Source of the DNA: Azospirillum brasilense
GTDB taxonomy: Bacteria; Pseudomonadota; Alphaproteobacteria; Rickettsiales; UBA3002
Direction: 5' to 3'
Assembly (NCBI GenBank): GCA_003241645.1
Contig: QFOX01000002.1
Coordinates: forward strand, 1,459-65,458
Length of the DNA stretch: 64,000 nt
The position numbers were made by a program, and so were the translations under genes. The notes beneath the pieces are model-generated. The model had not been told where the DNA came from, ran no database searches, and saw only the letters and a list, made by a program, of their open reading frames with translations. Positions 8,356-18,055 of this stretch are shown piece after piece; the stretch's first letter is position 1, and each line of letters starts with the position of its first letter.

Positions 8356-9002
8356 GTAACGGGCTGCAAGGCAAGGCCGAAGCGGCGGTTAAGCACAGCG
8401 ATGATGCTGGCATGCACGGCTTCCGGCGTGGTGCTGGCATCCACGGTAAGGAAGCGTTGCGGATGCGCCGCCGCGCGCGCAAGGAATGCCTCGCGCAGGC
8501 GGGTGTGGAAGGCCACGCCCATGCGCTCGAAGCGCGATTCGGCCTCGTTACCGCGGGCGGTGGCGCGGGCCAGCCCGGTTTCGGCGGGCAGGTCCAACAG
8601 CAGCGTACAATCCGGCGCGAAATTGCCGAACAGCTGCGCATAAAGCTGGTCGAGCCACGCGGTGCCCACGCCTTTGACCACGCCCTGATACACGTAGGTG
8701 GAATCGTAGAACCGGTCGCACAGCACCCATGAACCCGCGGCCAGTGCGGGTTTGATGTGGGTCTGCACATGGTCGTAGCGCGCGGTCATGAACAGCAGCG
8801 CTTCGGTGGTGGCGTCCCACGCATCCACCGCGCCGCTGACGACCAGCCCGCGAATGGCCTCGCCGCCGGGGCTGCCGCCCGGTTCACGCGTGGTGCGCAC
8901 GCCAATGCCTGCGTCGGCCATGCTTTGCGCCAGCCATTTGAGTTGCGTGGATTTGCCCGCCCCTTCGCCGCCTTCGATGGTGATGAAGCGCGGGCTCGCC
9001 AT
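8334..9002 (-). CDS. tmk: dTMP (thymidylate) kinase
   Basis: MASPRFITIEGGEGAGKSTQ P-loop start and a DRFYDSTYVYQG block. Start at the internal ATG at 9002; the longer track ORF is a 5' extension. Confidence 0.9.
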   Translation of the reverse strand: MASPRFITIEGGEGAGKSTQLKWLAQSMADAGIGVRTTREPGGSPGGEAIRGLVVSGAVDAWDATTEALLFMTARYDHVQTHIKPALAAGSWVLCDRFYDSTYVYQGVVKGVGTAWLDQLYAQLFGNFAPDCTLLLDLPAETGLARATARGNEAESRFERMGVAFHTRLREAFLARAAAHPQRFLTVDASTTPEAVHASIIAVLNRRFGLALQPVTSSPESR

Positions 9003-9006
9003 GTGC

Positions 9007-10233
9007 CTACATGCCCAGGTAGCGGCCCATGCGGCCGAACAGCCCAAGGCGCGCGACGGATTCGGTCGCCACCAGCGGTACTTCCTTGGTCGCACCGTTG
9101 GGCAGGGTGATCTTCAGCGTGCCCACTTCAGCGCCCTTCTCGACCGGCGCGCTCAGCGGGCCGGTATAGTTCGCGGTCATGGAGATCTTCTCTTTGCCCA
9201 TGCGGCCAATGCTGAGGATGACCGGCTCTTTCACTGCCAGGCCCACCGACTGGGCTTCGCCCATATAGACCTTGGCCTGTGCGACCGGCTTGCTGGGGGT
9301 GGCCAGCGCCACTTCTTCAAAATTGCGGAAGCCCCAGGTGAGCAGCTTTTTGCCTTCCTCGGCGCGGGCGGCTTCCGAATCCAGCCCGTTAATGACGAGG
9401 ATCAGGCGGCGGCCGGTGGCCATTTCTTTGGCCGACAGCGTGATGCCATAGCCCGCCGCTTCGGTGTGGCCGGTCTTGAGGCCATCCACGCCCAGCGGCT
9501 TGTCGTTCAGCAGCAGGTTGCGGTTGTATTGGCGAATGCCGTTATAGGTAAATTCCGGCTCGCTGAAATAGTGGTAGAATTCGGGGAAGTCGCGCACCAG
9601 CGCCACGCCCAGCAGGGCCAAGTCATGCGCGGTGGTGTAATGGTCCACATGCGGCCAGCCGCTGGAATCCACGAAGTGCGAATCCTTCATGCCCAGTTTC
9701 TTGGCGGTGTCGTTCATGATCTGCGCGAAGGCTTCTTCCGAACCGGCAAGGCCTTCGGCGGCGGTCACGCAGGCATCGTTGCCCGACTGCACGGAAATAC
9801 CCATGATGAGTTCCGACAGCGGGATCTGCCCGTGCAGCGGCACGAACATTTTGCTGCCCTGCATGCGCCATGCGTTCTCGCTGACGGTGAACTGGCTGTC
9901 CAGCGCCACGCTGCCCTGCTTCAGGCGATCGAAGATGATGTAGAGCGTCATCATCTTGGTCATGCTGGAGGGATACATCTTCGCGCCCGAGGCCTTCTCG
10001 GCCAGCACCGTGCCCGAGTTATAGTCGATCAGCATCATGTGGCTGGCGGCGGTTTCCAGCTGCGAACCATCTGCCGTGGTGACGGCGGTCTTCGCGCCCT
10101 GCTCGCGCAGGCTGGTATCGGGCGTTTCATCCGCCGCGACGGGTGCGGTGGTGGTGGCGTCCTGCGCCATAGCGTGCATGGGCTGCACCGCCAGAAGGGT
10201 GGCAGCAAAAAGGGCGATCAACGAAGGCTTCAT
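9007..10233 (-). CDS. D-alanyl-D-alanine carboxypeptidase (PBP5/6 family, peptidase S11)
   Basis: Signal peptide. SxxK (PSSMTKMMT), SGN (VQSGNDA) and KTG (LKTGHT) motifs. Confidence 0.9.
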   Translation of the reverse strand: MKPSLIALFAATLLAVQPMHAMAQDATTTAPVAADETPDTSLREQGAKTAVTTADGSQLETAASHMMLIDYNSGTVLAEKASGAKMYPSSMTKMMTLYIIFDRLKQGSVALDSQFTVSENAWRMQGSKMFVPLHGQIPLSELIMGISVQSGNDACVTAAEGLAGSEEAFAQIMNDTAKKLGMKDSHFVDSSGWPHVDHYTTAHDLALLGVALVRDFPEFYHYFSEPEFTYNGIRQYNRNLLLNDKPLGVDGLKTGHTEAAGYGITLSAKEMATGRRLILVINGLDSEAARAEEGKKLLTWGFRNFEEVALATPSKPVAQAKVYMGEAQSVGLAVKEPVILSIGRMGKEKISMTANYTGPLSAPVEKGAEVGTLKITLPNGATKEVPLVATESVARLGLFGRMGRYLGM

Positions 10234-10268
10234 GGTATTCCTGTGCGGTGTGCGTGGTAACGGATGTT

Positions 10269-11510
10269 CTAATTATGCTCGGAAACGAGCTTGGCATCAG
10301 CTACACCCATCTGGTGCGCACGTTCAAGCATTTCGAGCGCCGCGTCCTCATTCACGAACGGTCCCAGCCGAACGCGATAAATTGGCAACCCTCCAACGTT
10401 CGCGGGCGACAGGCTGGCTTCCGCCACGTCGGCAAAACGCTTCTGCATGGCCATGGCGTTCTGCTGGTTCGAGAACGCACCCAGCTGCACATAGGCCGTA
10501 ATGCCGGGCGGGATATTCGGTGGTGGCGGCTCGGGCCGCGGTGGCATGGCCGCAGGAGGAGCTGCCGTGCTGATCGCCATGGGCGGATCGACCGTGACCG
10601 GATTCATGGGAGCCATGGAAGGTGCGGGTGTTGCTGCCACGACGGGGGCGGCGCTGCTGCCCGGCGGCGGAAGCGTCGCGGGCGGCATGGTGGCACTGCT
10701 CATGGGCGAAGTGGCTATTACAGGCGCCATGGCTACCGGCTCCGGCCCGGGTACGCTCATGGGTGCGGGCTCCGCATTCGCCGAGGAGATCGGGCTCACG
10801 CGGTCCCACACGCTGGATTGCGGGTCGGGGTTGCCGGTGGGTGGCACGTCGCTCACCTGAATGGATTCATCCATGGGCGACTGGTTCGCATATTGCGTGT
10901 CGCTGGCCGACTGGCCGATGACTTCGCTGGCCAGATCGATCTCGCCCGGCTCGCGGCCTTGCGACAGCAGTTCGGCGAAGCGGTTCGATTCGGCGGGCAT
11001 GTATTCCACGCGCACCTTGCCGACGCCGTCGCGCAGCATGCCAATATCTTCGGCGGCGGCCTTGCTGAGGTCGATGATGCGGTTATGCGCGAACGGCCCA
11101 CGGTCGTTGATGCGCACAAAGGTGGATTTGCCGGTCTTCAGGTAGGTCACCCGCACGATGGACGGCATGGGAAGCGTGGTGTGCGCCGCGGTGCGGTCAT
11201 GCGTGCTGAAGCGCTCGCCATTGGCGGTTTTGCCGCCATGGAAGCCGGGGCCATACCAGCTGGCCATGCCCTCTTCCGCATAATCCGGCTGGTAGCGTGG
11301 CACGTAGGTCTTGCCGCCCACGGTGTAGGACTGGCCAAGTTTTACGGTGGGGTGCAGCTTGCGCTTGCCGTCGGCCGAGAAACCGGGAACCCCGGCGGTG
11401 GATTCTTCGCGGCCGCTATAGGTCGGCCGGTCGGAGCTGCTACCGCCGCAGGCGCTGAGCGCCAGCATGGCGGCCATGAGAAGGAGATGGGAAGTACGCA
11501 TGAAATTCAA
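10269..11510 (-). CDS. rlpA: Septal ring lytic transglycosylase RlpA family lipoprotein with C-terminal SPOR domain
   Basis: Lipobox (LALSAC). DPBB block GMASWYGPGFHGGKTANGERF...VRINDRGPF. Pro-rich linker. SPOR-like C-terminus (YVQLGAFSNQQNAMAM...YRVRLGPF). Confidence 0.9.
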   Translation of the reverse strand: MNFMRTSHLLLMAAMLALSACGGSSSDRPTYSGREESTAGVPGFSADGKRKLHPTVKLGQSYTVGGKTYVPRYQPDYAEEGMASWYGPGFHGGKTANGERFSTHDRTAAHTTLPMPSIVRVTYLKTGKSTFVRINDRGPFAHNRIIDLSKAAAEDIGMLRDGVGKVRVEYMPAESNRFAELLSQGREPGEIDLASEVIGQSASDTQYANQSPMDESIQVSDVPPTGNPDPQSSVWDRVSPISSANAEPAPMSVPGPEPVAMAPVIATSPMSSATMPPATLPPPGSSAAPVVAATPAPSMAPMNPVTVDPPMAISTAAPPAAMPPRPEPPPPNIPPGITAYVQLGAFSNQQNAMAMQKRFADVAEASLSPANVGGLPIYRVRLGPFVNEDAALEMLERAHQMGVADAKLVSEHN

Positions 11511-11513
11511 ATC

Positions 11514-12641
11514 CTATTCAGCCAGCGCGTTGGAGAGCAGACCCACCGAGGTCGCAAAATAGCGCGAGCGGTTCCAGTGCAGCAGCACATGGTAGTTATC
11601 GTAGACGAGGTAAGCCCCCTCGTCCGGCGTGCCGGGATACATGACGTACGCCGGGGTGGTATCGTAGCCGGGCAGCGCCTTGCCGTTGGCGGCTTTTACG
11701 CCGCGGGCGCGCCAGTGCGACAGCGGGTGCGCGGCATAGAGATCGGCCTCGGCCTCGGGGAAGCCTGCGGGCAAGTTGACCGCCACACCCCACGGGGTGG
11801 ATCTGTTCCAGCCCTCCTGCGACAGGTAATTGGCGATGGAGGCCAGCGCATCCGGCACGGAATTCCAGATGTCGCGGTGGCCGTCGCGGTTCCAGTCCAC
11901 GGCGTATTTCAGGTAGCTGCTGGGCATGAACTGGCAATGGCCCATGGCGCCCGCCCACGAGCCGGTCAGGGCCGAGCCCATGATCTGTTCTTCCTGCGCG
12001 ATGCGCAGCGCGTTGAGCAGTTCTTCGCGGAAGAAGCTGGCGCGGCGGCCTTCATAGGCCAGCGTGGCCAGCGAGCGCACCAGCGAGAAATTGCCTTTAT
12101 TAGCGCCGAATTCAGTTTCAATGGCCCACAGCGCCACAATGGTCTGCGCGGGCACGCCGTATTTACGGCTGATGGCGGTGAGCGTGTCGCGGTATTGCAC
12201 CATCAGCGCCCGGCCTTTCTTGATGCGGCGCGCATTGACCACATTGGTGCGGTATTGCGAGAAGGTGATCTTGCCTTCGGGCTGCTTGCGGTCCAGCCGC
12301 ACCACGGTGTCGTTCGGGGTAATGTTGGCGAGCGATTCATTCACGATGGCGGGCGAAATACCCTTGCTGATCGCTTCTTTTTTGAAGTCTTCCAGCCACA
12401 GTGCGAACGGCTGGCTGGGTGGCAGAATGGCAGGCTGGGCCTGCGGTTGCGGGCGGCGCACCACCGGGCGTTTCGCTGGAGCTACCGGGGCCGGAGCCGG
12501 CTGAGTGGTGGCAACTTCGGGCACCGCAACGCCCACGCGGGCGAACGGGTCGCGCTGACCGGGGATTTCCGCATGCGCAATGGATACCGAGAAACTCAGT
12601 AGCACCAGCAGGCCAGCGACCATGAATCCACGCCACGTCAT
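11514..12641 (-). CDS. mltB: Lytic murein transglycosylase (MltB/Slt-2 family)
   Basis: ETEFG catalytic block (LWAIETEFGANKG) and GAMGHCQFMPSSY. Signal peptide begins at the internal Met (MTWRGFMVAGLLVLLSFSVSIAHA), so the start is set to 12641. Confidence 0.85.
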   Translation of the reverse strand: MTWRGFMVAGLLVLLSFSVSIAHAEIPGQRDPFARVGVAVPEVATTQPAPAPVAPAKRPVVRRPQPQAQPAILPPSQPFALWLEDFKKEAISKGISPAIVNESLANITPNDTVVRLDRKQPEGKITFSQYRTNVVNARRIKKGRALMVQYRDTLTAISRKYGVPAQTIVALWAIETEFGANKGNFSLVRSLATLAYEGRRASFFREELLNALRIAQEEQIMGSALTGSWAGAMGHCQFMPSSYLKYAVDWNRDGHRDIWNSVPDALASIANYLSQEGWNRSTPWGVAVNLPAGFPEAEADLYAAHPLSHWRARGVKAANGKALPGYDTTPAYVMYPGTPDEGAYLVYDNYHVLLHWNRSRYFATSVGLLSNALAE

Positions 12642-12785
12642 GCAGCGAACTCTCCATCGTTGAACGGGACGAGAGTTATGGCCCGCCCCCGCCATGGCAG
12701 CAAGCCCAATTGCCGGGTGCGGCGCAGCAACCCCTTTTTCCATCGCAATCCAAGTGGCTTAGTGCTAGCGTTGCTTGTGGAAAAC

Positions 12786-14018
12786 ATGCCGGAATCCTTC
12801 ACATACCCCGAGCGGCTGGTCGAAGCCGATGCACTCGCCGCCCTGCCCCAGCTGGTGGCGCGCCATGGGCTGGGCGCGCGCCTGCTGTTGGTGTGCGACG
12901 ATGCCACATGGGTGGCCGCGGGCGAAGCCTGCGTGGCCACGTTGGCGGCGCATACGGTGCAGGTGCATTCGCTGGGCCGTGCGGTGAAAGCAAGTGTGAC
13001 GAATGCCGAAGCGGTGGCGGAATCTGCACGCGCCATGCAGGCCACCGGGCTGGTGGCGGTGGGCAGCGGCACCCTCAACGATATTACCAAATACGCGTCG
13101 TTGCTTGCCGAGCTGCCGTATCTGGTGGTGGCCACGGCCGCGTCCATGAACGGCTACAGCTCGGCCAATGCCAGCCTCGAGGTGCAGAACCACAAGCAAT
13201 CCTTCGCGGCGCGGCCGCCCAAGGCCGTGCTCGCCGACACGCGCGTGGTCGCCCACGCGCCCAAACGCCTGACGCGCGCGGGCATTGGCGACACGCTGTG
13301 CCGCAGCACCGTGGCGGCCGATCGCTACCTGAGCCATGTGGTGTTCGGCACGCCGTTCGAGCGTGACATTTTCGAGCGGTTGCGCGCCCACGAGCCATGG
13401 CTGCTGGCCAATGCCGCGCTGACGAAGGAAAGCAGCCTGCCCTTCGCCCGCACGCTGATGCTGGCGCTGCTGGATGCGGGCGACGCCATGACCGAAGCGG
13501 GCAGCAGCGCGGTGGCAAGCCAGGGCGAACACATGATCGCGCACACGCTGGAGCTGCTTTATGGCGGCGAGCTGCGTGATATCCTGCATGGTGAGTTGGT
13601 GGCGGTGACTACGGTGACCATGGCGCATTTGCAGCACAAAATGCTGCTGGGGCAGCTGAACCTGCGCCACCTGCCTCGCGAGCATGACGTGTTCCACCGC
13701 TTCTTCGGCCGCGAAGCGGGCAGCAAAATGATCGAGGCGTACGCCCAAAAGATCATTCCCGAAGACCGGGCCGAGGCGATGAACGAAACGTTCCAGCGCA
13801 ACTGGCCGGACTTCAAGGCCGAGCTGCTGGCGCTGATGGTGCCTGCCAACGGCATCGAACGCATGTTCATGGAGGTGGGGCTTTCCACGAAGCCCGATGG
13901 GCTCGGCCTGATGCCCGACCGCTACAACGCGGCGATGAGCTACGCCTACCTGACGCGTGAGCGTTTCACCTTCCTTGACCTTGCGGCCATGAACGCACGC
14001 CGCGCCAGCGGGCTTTAG
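12786..14018 (+). CDS. Iron-containing alcohol dehydrogenase / sn-glycerol-1-phosphate dehydrogenase-like (DHQS-like superfamily)
   Basis: GSGTLNDITKYAS (the GGGxxxDxxK-type nucleotide loop), ASMNGYSS, GIGDTL, GEHMIAH and HGELVA metal-ligand-like blocks. Start at ATG 12786. Confidence 0.6.
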   Translation: MPESFTYPERLVEADALAALPQLVARHGLGARLLLVCDDATWVAAGEACVATLAAHTVQVHSLGRAVKASVTNAEAVAESARAMQATGLVAVGSGTLNDITKYASLLAELPYLVVATAASMNGYSSANASLEVQNHKQSFAARPPKAVLADTRVVAHAPKRLTRAGIGDTLCRSTVAADRYLSHVVFGTPFERDIFERLRAHEPWLLANAALTKESSLPFARTLMLALLDAGDAMTEAGSSAVASQGEHMIAHTLELLYGGELRDILHGELVAVTTVTMAHLQHKMLLGQLNLRHLPREHDVFHRFFGREAGSKMIEAYAQKIIPEDRAEAMNETFQRNWPDFKAELLALMVPANGIERMFMEVGLSTKPDGLGLMPDRYNAAMSYAYLTRERFTFLDLAAMNARRASGL

Positions 14019-14056
14019 TTAAGGGGATGTTAATATTCTTCTGCTTTACTGGGTGA

Positions 14057-14485
14057 ATGTCCGACACACCCGAGAAGCTGCTGGCTGCCCTGAACCGCGC
14101 GAATGAAGTGATCCGCCCCGGCGGGCGCATCGACCTTAATTTGCGCCATGGTGAAAAAATTGTCGATGCCCCAACGCAGGGCATTACCGGCTTCGGTGGG
14201 AAAGATTTCACCATTCTTGCGGTGGATGTGAACCATAACGGCAAACGCTCCGACCCCGAGGATCGCGTGGTGGTGGCAGCCGGTGGGGTGGTGTTCACCG
14301 CCAATATGCGCGGCGAACACACGGTATTGCAGGAAAACCCTGAGCTTGCCGCCCAAATCCAGCGCAGCTTCAGCAGGCTATCGGCCGATCTGGGTAACAC
14401 CAGCGCGCGCGAGCTGGGCCAGCTGACCAGCACCGCCATTCGCGAGGCGAACGCGCAGGAAAAGAATAACGGGCCGGAGCGCTAG
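14057..14485 (+). CDS. Hypothetical protein
   Basis: 142-aa ORF with no recognised motif. Its stop overlaps the queF stop by 4 nt (convergent). Confidence 0.45.
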   Translation: MSDTPEKLLAALNRANEVIRPGGRIDLNLRHGEKIVDAPTQGITGFGGKDFTILAVDVNHNGKRSDPEDRVVVAAGGVVFTANMRGEHTVLQENPELAAQIQRSFSRLSADLGNTSARELGQLTSTAIREANAQEKNNGPER

Positions 14486-14940
14486 CCGCGGCCGCGATAG
14501 GTCTGCACGCCCTGTTCGGGCAGCCACACGCCTTCGGGCGGTTTCCCGGTTTGGAAGAACACATCGATGGGCATGCCGCCGCGCGGATACCAGTAGCCGC
14601 CAATGCGCAGCCATGCAGGCTCCAGCAGTTCCATGAGTTTTTTGGCGATGCCCACGGTGCAATCCTCGTGGAAGGCCCCATGGTTACGGAAGCTGTGCAG
14701 GTAAAGCTTCAGCGCTTTGCTTTCCACCATCCATTGCCGGGGAATATAGTCGATGACCAGATGCGCAAAATCCGGCTGGCCGGTGACCGGGCAAAGCGAG
14801 GTGAATTCCGGCGCGGTGAAGCGGATCACGTAATCCACGTTCGGGTGCGGGTTCTCTACGCGCTCCAGCACCGCCTCTTCCGGCGAGTTGGGCAGCGGGG
14901 TCTGTTTGCCAAGCTGGCTGACATTCGGGGTCGTGCTCAT
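14482..14940 (-). CDS. queF: NADPH-dependent 7-cyano-7-deazaguanine (preQ0) reductase, unimodular type
   Basis: [30 protein letters not shown] contains the QueF motif and catalytic Cys. Start at the internal ATG (MSTTPNV...). Confidence 0.9.
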   Translation of the reverse strand: MSTTPNVSQLGKQTPLPNSPEEAVLERVENPHPNVDYVIRFTAPEFTSLCPVTGQPDFAHLVIDYIPRQWMVESKALKLYLHSFRNHGAFHEDCTVGIAKKLMELLEPAWLRIGGYWYPRGGMPIDVFFQTGKPPEGVWLPEQGVQTYRGRG

Positions 14941-14971
14941 GCGCCCTCTGTTAGCAGAACTGCATGGCCCG

Positions 14972-15763
14972 TCAATCGCGGCGGGCAACGCGCTCATACG
15001 CCAGATCGACCAGTTTGCCCTCAAGATAGGCGGATTTAAGCGCCTCGGCCGGAATCTTGTGGTGCGGCACGTCCTTATCCGGGTGGATGCGCACCGGCTC
15101 GTTCAGGTCCTTGAACTTCCCATCCAGCGTGCGCAATTCCGTGATGACGGTCTGCATATGCGCGGCCAGCTCCGGCGTCAGCTGGCGCAGGCAGTAGCGC
15201 CCGTCGCTTCCCTGTGGCGCATAGGCCGGGGCATCCGCCAGTTCCAGCAGTGCGTCGTGGGCGGCGCTGGCCGAATCGATCGCCTTTTTCAGCGCAAGCC
15301 GCATGGTGCGGGGTTTTTGCGCATAACGCAGATGTTCCGCAAGGTTGTTGTACATGCGGTAATTCTCGCTGATGCTTTTCGAGGTGGTGAGCAAGGCCCC
15401 GTTCTCTTTTTCGTGGTGCCAGACTTCCAGCGTGTCCAGCATGTGCCGCACTTCGATGTAGGCGCGGTTCACTTTGTTGAACGCATCGGAAACGATCACC
15501 GGGCTCATCTTGCATTCGTTGGTCGCCACATGTTCCACAATGTGAATGCCCGCCTGCGCGGTGGATACGGCCTGCGCAATGCGCTCGATCGCGGGGTTGG
15601 GGTGCCAGCTGTCGGAAAGCACGGGCGTGGTGACATAGACGCGGTACGTATCCAGCGCTTTCGCGCCATTTGCGGTGCGGCCCAGCTTTTCCGCCAGCGC
15701 GGGGAATTGCTCCTGCACCAGGTCGGGTGTGGGCAAATGCTGTGGTTTCAGGCGTATCATCAT
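14972..15763 (-). CDS. Hypothetical protein embedded in the queC-queF operon
   Basis: 263 aa, soluble and largely helical. 34-nt gap to queC upstream and 31-nt gap to queF downstream, same strand. No motif recognised. Confidence 0.6.
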   Translation of the reverse strand: MMIRLKPQHLPTPDLVQEQFPALAEKLGRTANGAKALDTYRVYVTTPVLSDSWHPNPAIERIAQAVSTAQAGIHIVEHVATNECKMSPVIVSDAFNKVNRAYIEVRHMLDTLEVWHHEKENGALLTTSKSISENYRMYNNLAEHLRYAQKPRTMRLALKKAIDSASAAHDALLELADAPAYAPQGSDGRYCLRQLTPELAAHMQTVITELRTLDGKFKDLNEPVRIHPDKDVPHHKIPAEALKSAYLEGKLVDLAYERVARRD

Positions 15764-15797
15764 GCTCCCCCATCGTTCTATCGGGAGCCGCCGCGCC

Positions 15798-16484
15798 TTA
15801 TGCCAGCGCTGGATCGATCATCCCGTTCTCGGCGAATCCCTTGTTGCGCAGGGCGCAGCTGTCGCAATGGCCGCAAGGTTTGCCGTTCGGTTGAGGGTCG
15901 TAGCACGACAATGTGTCAGAATAATGAAGGCCGAGGCGCAATCCTTCGCGAATGATCTCGCCCTTGGTCATGTGGATGATGGGGGTGTGGATGGTGATGT
16001 GCTGCTTGGCCTCCACCCCATAGGCGGTGGCGAGGTTGGCGGTGCGCTCGTACGCGGCGATGAAATCGGGCCGGCAATCCGGGTAGCCGGAATAGTCCAA
16101 CGCATTGACGCCAATGAAAATATCGTAGGCTTTCAGCACTTCGGCCCAGGCCAGCGCGAAGCTGAGGAAAATGGTGTTGCGCGCGGGCACGTAGGTAATG
16201 GGCACGCCCTCGCCGATCTCATGCTCGGTGCGGTCCTTCGGCACGGCGATGTCATCCGTCAGGGCCGATCCGCCGAACAACCGCAGGTCGATGTCGGCAA
16301 CCTTGTGCTGCACCACGCCCAGCTGCGCGGCCACGCGGCGGGCGGCCTCAAGCTCCTGCGCGTGGCGCTGGCCGTAGCGAAAGCTGAGGGCATAGACCGC
16401 AAAGCCCTGCTCCTTGGCCATGGCGAGGGTGGTGGCGGAATCCAACCCGCCGGACAATAAAAGGACTGCTTTTTTCTGGCTCAT
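15798..16484 (-). CDS. queC: 7-cyano-7-deazaguanine synthase
   Basis: [19 protein letters not shown]-loop and a C-terminal Zn Cys cluster ([17 protein letters not shown]). Confidence 0.95.
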   Translation of the reverse strand: MSQKKAVLLLSGGLDSATTLAMAKEQGFAVYALSFRYGQRHAQELEAARRVAAQLGVVQHKVADIDLRLFGGSALTDDIAVPKDRTEHEIGEGVPITYVPARNTIFLSFALAWAEVLKAYDIFIGVNALDYSGYPDCRPDFIAAYERTANLATAYGVEAKQHITIHTPIIHMTKGEIIREGLRLGLHYSDTLSCYDPQPNGKPCGHCDSCALRNKGFAENGMIDPALA

Positions 16485-16563
16485 GGCTGGGCGTGTAGGC
16501 CATTTTTAGCCGCCGCACAAGTTCACAAAACTGTCATCATCCTGCCTGCACATATCCCCTATA

Positions 16564-17070
16564 GTGCGATACATGCCGGAAACCAAAAACAGTCCCGATA
16601 GCCCCGCCGACGGTAAGCACAATACCGGCGCGAAGATCGGCGTGGCGTTCGCGTTTGGTTCTGTGGGTGCGAAGCTTTGCTCGCCACTGCTTCTGCTGGA
16701 TTTGAATGCACTCCTTCCCAAAGGCCTGACCACAGGCGAGAAGATCAAAACGACCTTCAGCCGCGAAATTTTGCGGTTGGCCTGGAAGCAGGCGGATCAC
16801 TACATGCAAAAGGGTCACGATTTTTTAACAGCCAGCGTGCTGGCAACAAAATGGTACAGTGCTGCCTCGACGGTGGCGATGATCGGCCTTGGCACCGTGG
16901 GGTGGATGCGTGCGGATCGCATCGAGAACAGCTCGGACATTGTGAAGCACCCCATCACCTCCACCAAAATTCTGCTGGGCATGGAAGAGCCGAAAGAAAA
17001 GGCACCGGGCCAGCACACCGCTAAGCTGATGGCGCAACGCGACCAGCAACCCAGCGAGATACAACGATGA
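16564..17070 (+). CDS. Hypothetical membrane protein
   Basis: 168 aa with hydrophobic segments (IGVAFAFGSVGAKLCSPLLLLDL; SAASTVAMIGLGTVGW). No family recognised. Confidence 0.45.
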   Translation: MRYMPETKNSPDSPADGKHNTGAKIGVAFAFGSVGAKLCSPLLLLDLNALLPKGLTTGEKIKTTFSREILRLAWKQADHYMQKGHDFLTASVLATKWYSAASTVAMIGLGTVGWMRADRIENSSDIVKHPITSTKILLGMEEPKEKAPGQHTAKLMAQRDQQPSEIQR

Positions 17071-17273
17071 CCATCGACCGCCAATTATTCACGCAGGAAC
17101 AGCAGGCCGAACGTGCGCTGGAGCTCGCCGCGCAGGTGAAGGACGGCAGCGTGGATGCGCGCGCCGCGCAGCTTCAATTGATGGATACGTACGGCATGGG
17201 CCGCGTGCTTTCCGGTGTGCTGCTGCGGCAGGCCACGCGCGAACTGGAAGCAGCTTCCACCCCCAGCCGTTAG
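17067..17273 (+). CDS. Small hypothetical helical protein
   Basis: 68 aa. ATGA overlap with the preceding ORF suggests translational coupling. Confidence 0.35.
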   Translation: MTIDRQLFTQEQQAERALELAAQVKDGSVDARAAQLQLMDTYGMGRVLSGVLLRQATRELEAASTPSR

Positions 17274-17935
17274 GCGATTCCCAGCATTTTGTGCGTTTGC
17301 AGCGACAGGCGGTAGCCCATGCGCTGCGTCAGCTGCTGCGCGTACTGCGTGTTGGCGCGGGTTTTCTCGGCGTCGCCCTCGTCCATCGGCTGCACATAGA
17401 CCGGCACCGTGCTGCCCGCCTGCCCCACTTCCGGCACGGCATGATACGGGCCTTCCGCCGCGGTGACGATGAATTTCAGCGCATCCGCCCGGGCGAGCAG
17501 GTCGGGCCGCAGGGGGCCGTAGGGCGCTTTGGGCGAGCACACCACATTCACCGCATCCGGCAAGGGGCGCCAGAGCGTGCCGTTGGTTTCGATCTGCACA
17601 CGAAAGCCCATATCCAGCAGCGCGGCGCAGAAGGGTGCAATGTTCTGGCGCAGCGGCTCACCGCCGGTGATGACCACGAGGTCGCGCACGCGCCTTCCCT
17701 GCTCCATCGCCGTGCTTTCCACCGCCGCCAGTAGTGCGCCCAGCGCATAGGGCGTGAAGCTCTCGAACTCGGTATCGCAGAAATCGCAGGCAAGGTTGCA
17801 GCCGCCCAGCCGCACGAACACCGAAGGCTGGCCCACGAACGGCCCCTCGCCCTGCAGGGTCGCGAAGATCTCCTGCACTTGCAGGGTCTGGCCATCACCC
17901 GTTTCCGGGGGGCGTTTGGGGTTTTGTCCATACAT
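17270..17935 (-). CDS. queE: 7-carboxy-7-deazaguanine synthase (radical SAM)
   Basis: IFATLQGEGPFVGQPSVFVRLGGCNLACDFCDTEF carries the QueE CxxxCxxC-type cluster motif. Start at ATG 17935, which avoids the upstream repeat. Confidence 0.9.
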   Translation of the reverse strand: MYGQNPKRPPETGDGQTLQVQEIFATLQGEGPFVGQPSVFVRLGGCNLACDFCDTEFESFTPYALGALLAAVESTAMEQGRRVRDLVVITGGEPLRQNIAPFCAALLDMGFRVQIETNGTLWRPLPDAVNVVCSPKAPYGPLRPDLLARADALKFIVTAAEGPYHAVPEVGQAGSTVPVYVQPMDEGDAEKTRANTQYAQQLTQRMGYRLSLQTHKMLGIA

Positions 17936-17963
17936 GACGCTGCTCCATACAACCATCCACCCC

Positions 17964-18030
17964 GTCATTCCAGCGAAAGCTGGAATCCATTTTTTGATGC
18001 AAGCTGGATTCCAGCTTTCGCTGGAATGAC
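17964..18030. repeat. Paired GTCAT-hairpin element (perfect 25-nt inverted units)
   Basis: GTCATTCCAGCGAAAGCTGGAATCC (17964-17988) and its exact reverse complement (18006-18030) are separated by a 17-nt spacer. Each arm is itself a hairpin (ATTCCAGC-GAAA-GCTGGAAT). Confidence 0.8.
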
Positions 18031-18055
18031 ATATAAAAACTGCTATGCAGGCATC

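Noticed and set aside
10248-12602. 784-aa plus-strand ORF, and similar long shadow ORFs (4869-6425, 8788-10260, 36694-37875, 47662-49746, 53879-55207, 51074-52042)
   Set aside because: All are mirror images of confidently identified genes on the other strand (rlpA/mltB, metG, PBP5, the amine oxidase, flhF/flhG, the kinase, the FliK-like gene). All have Arg/Gly/His-rich nonsense-like composition and are high-GC artefacts.
17969-18055. Possible SAM-II riboswitch upstream of metZ (expected in alphaproteobacteria)
   Set aside because: The leader is almost fully occupied by a perfect 25-nt inverted-repeat element of the GTCAT family. I could not fit the SAM-II pseudoknot consensus by eye. A covariance-model scan (Rfam SAM-II and SAM-V) would be decisive.
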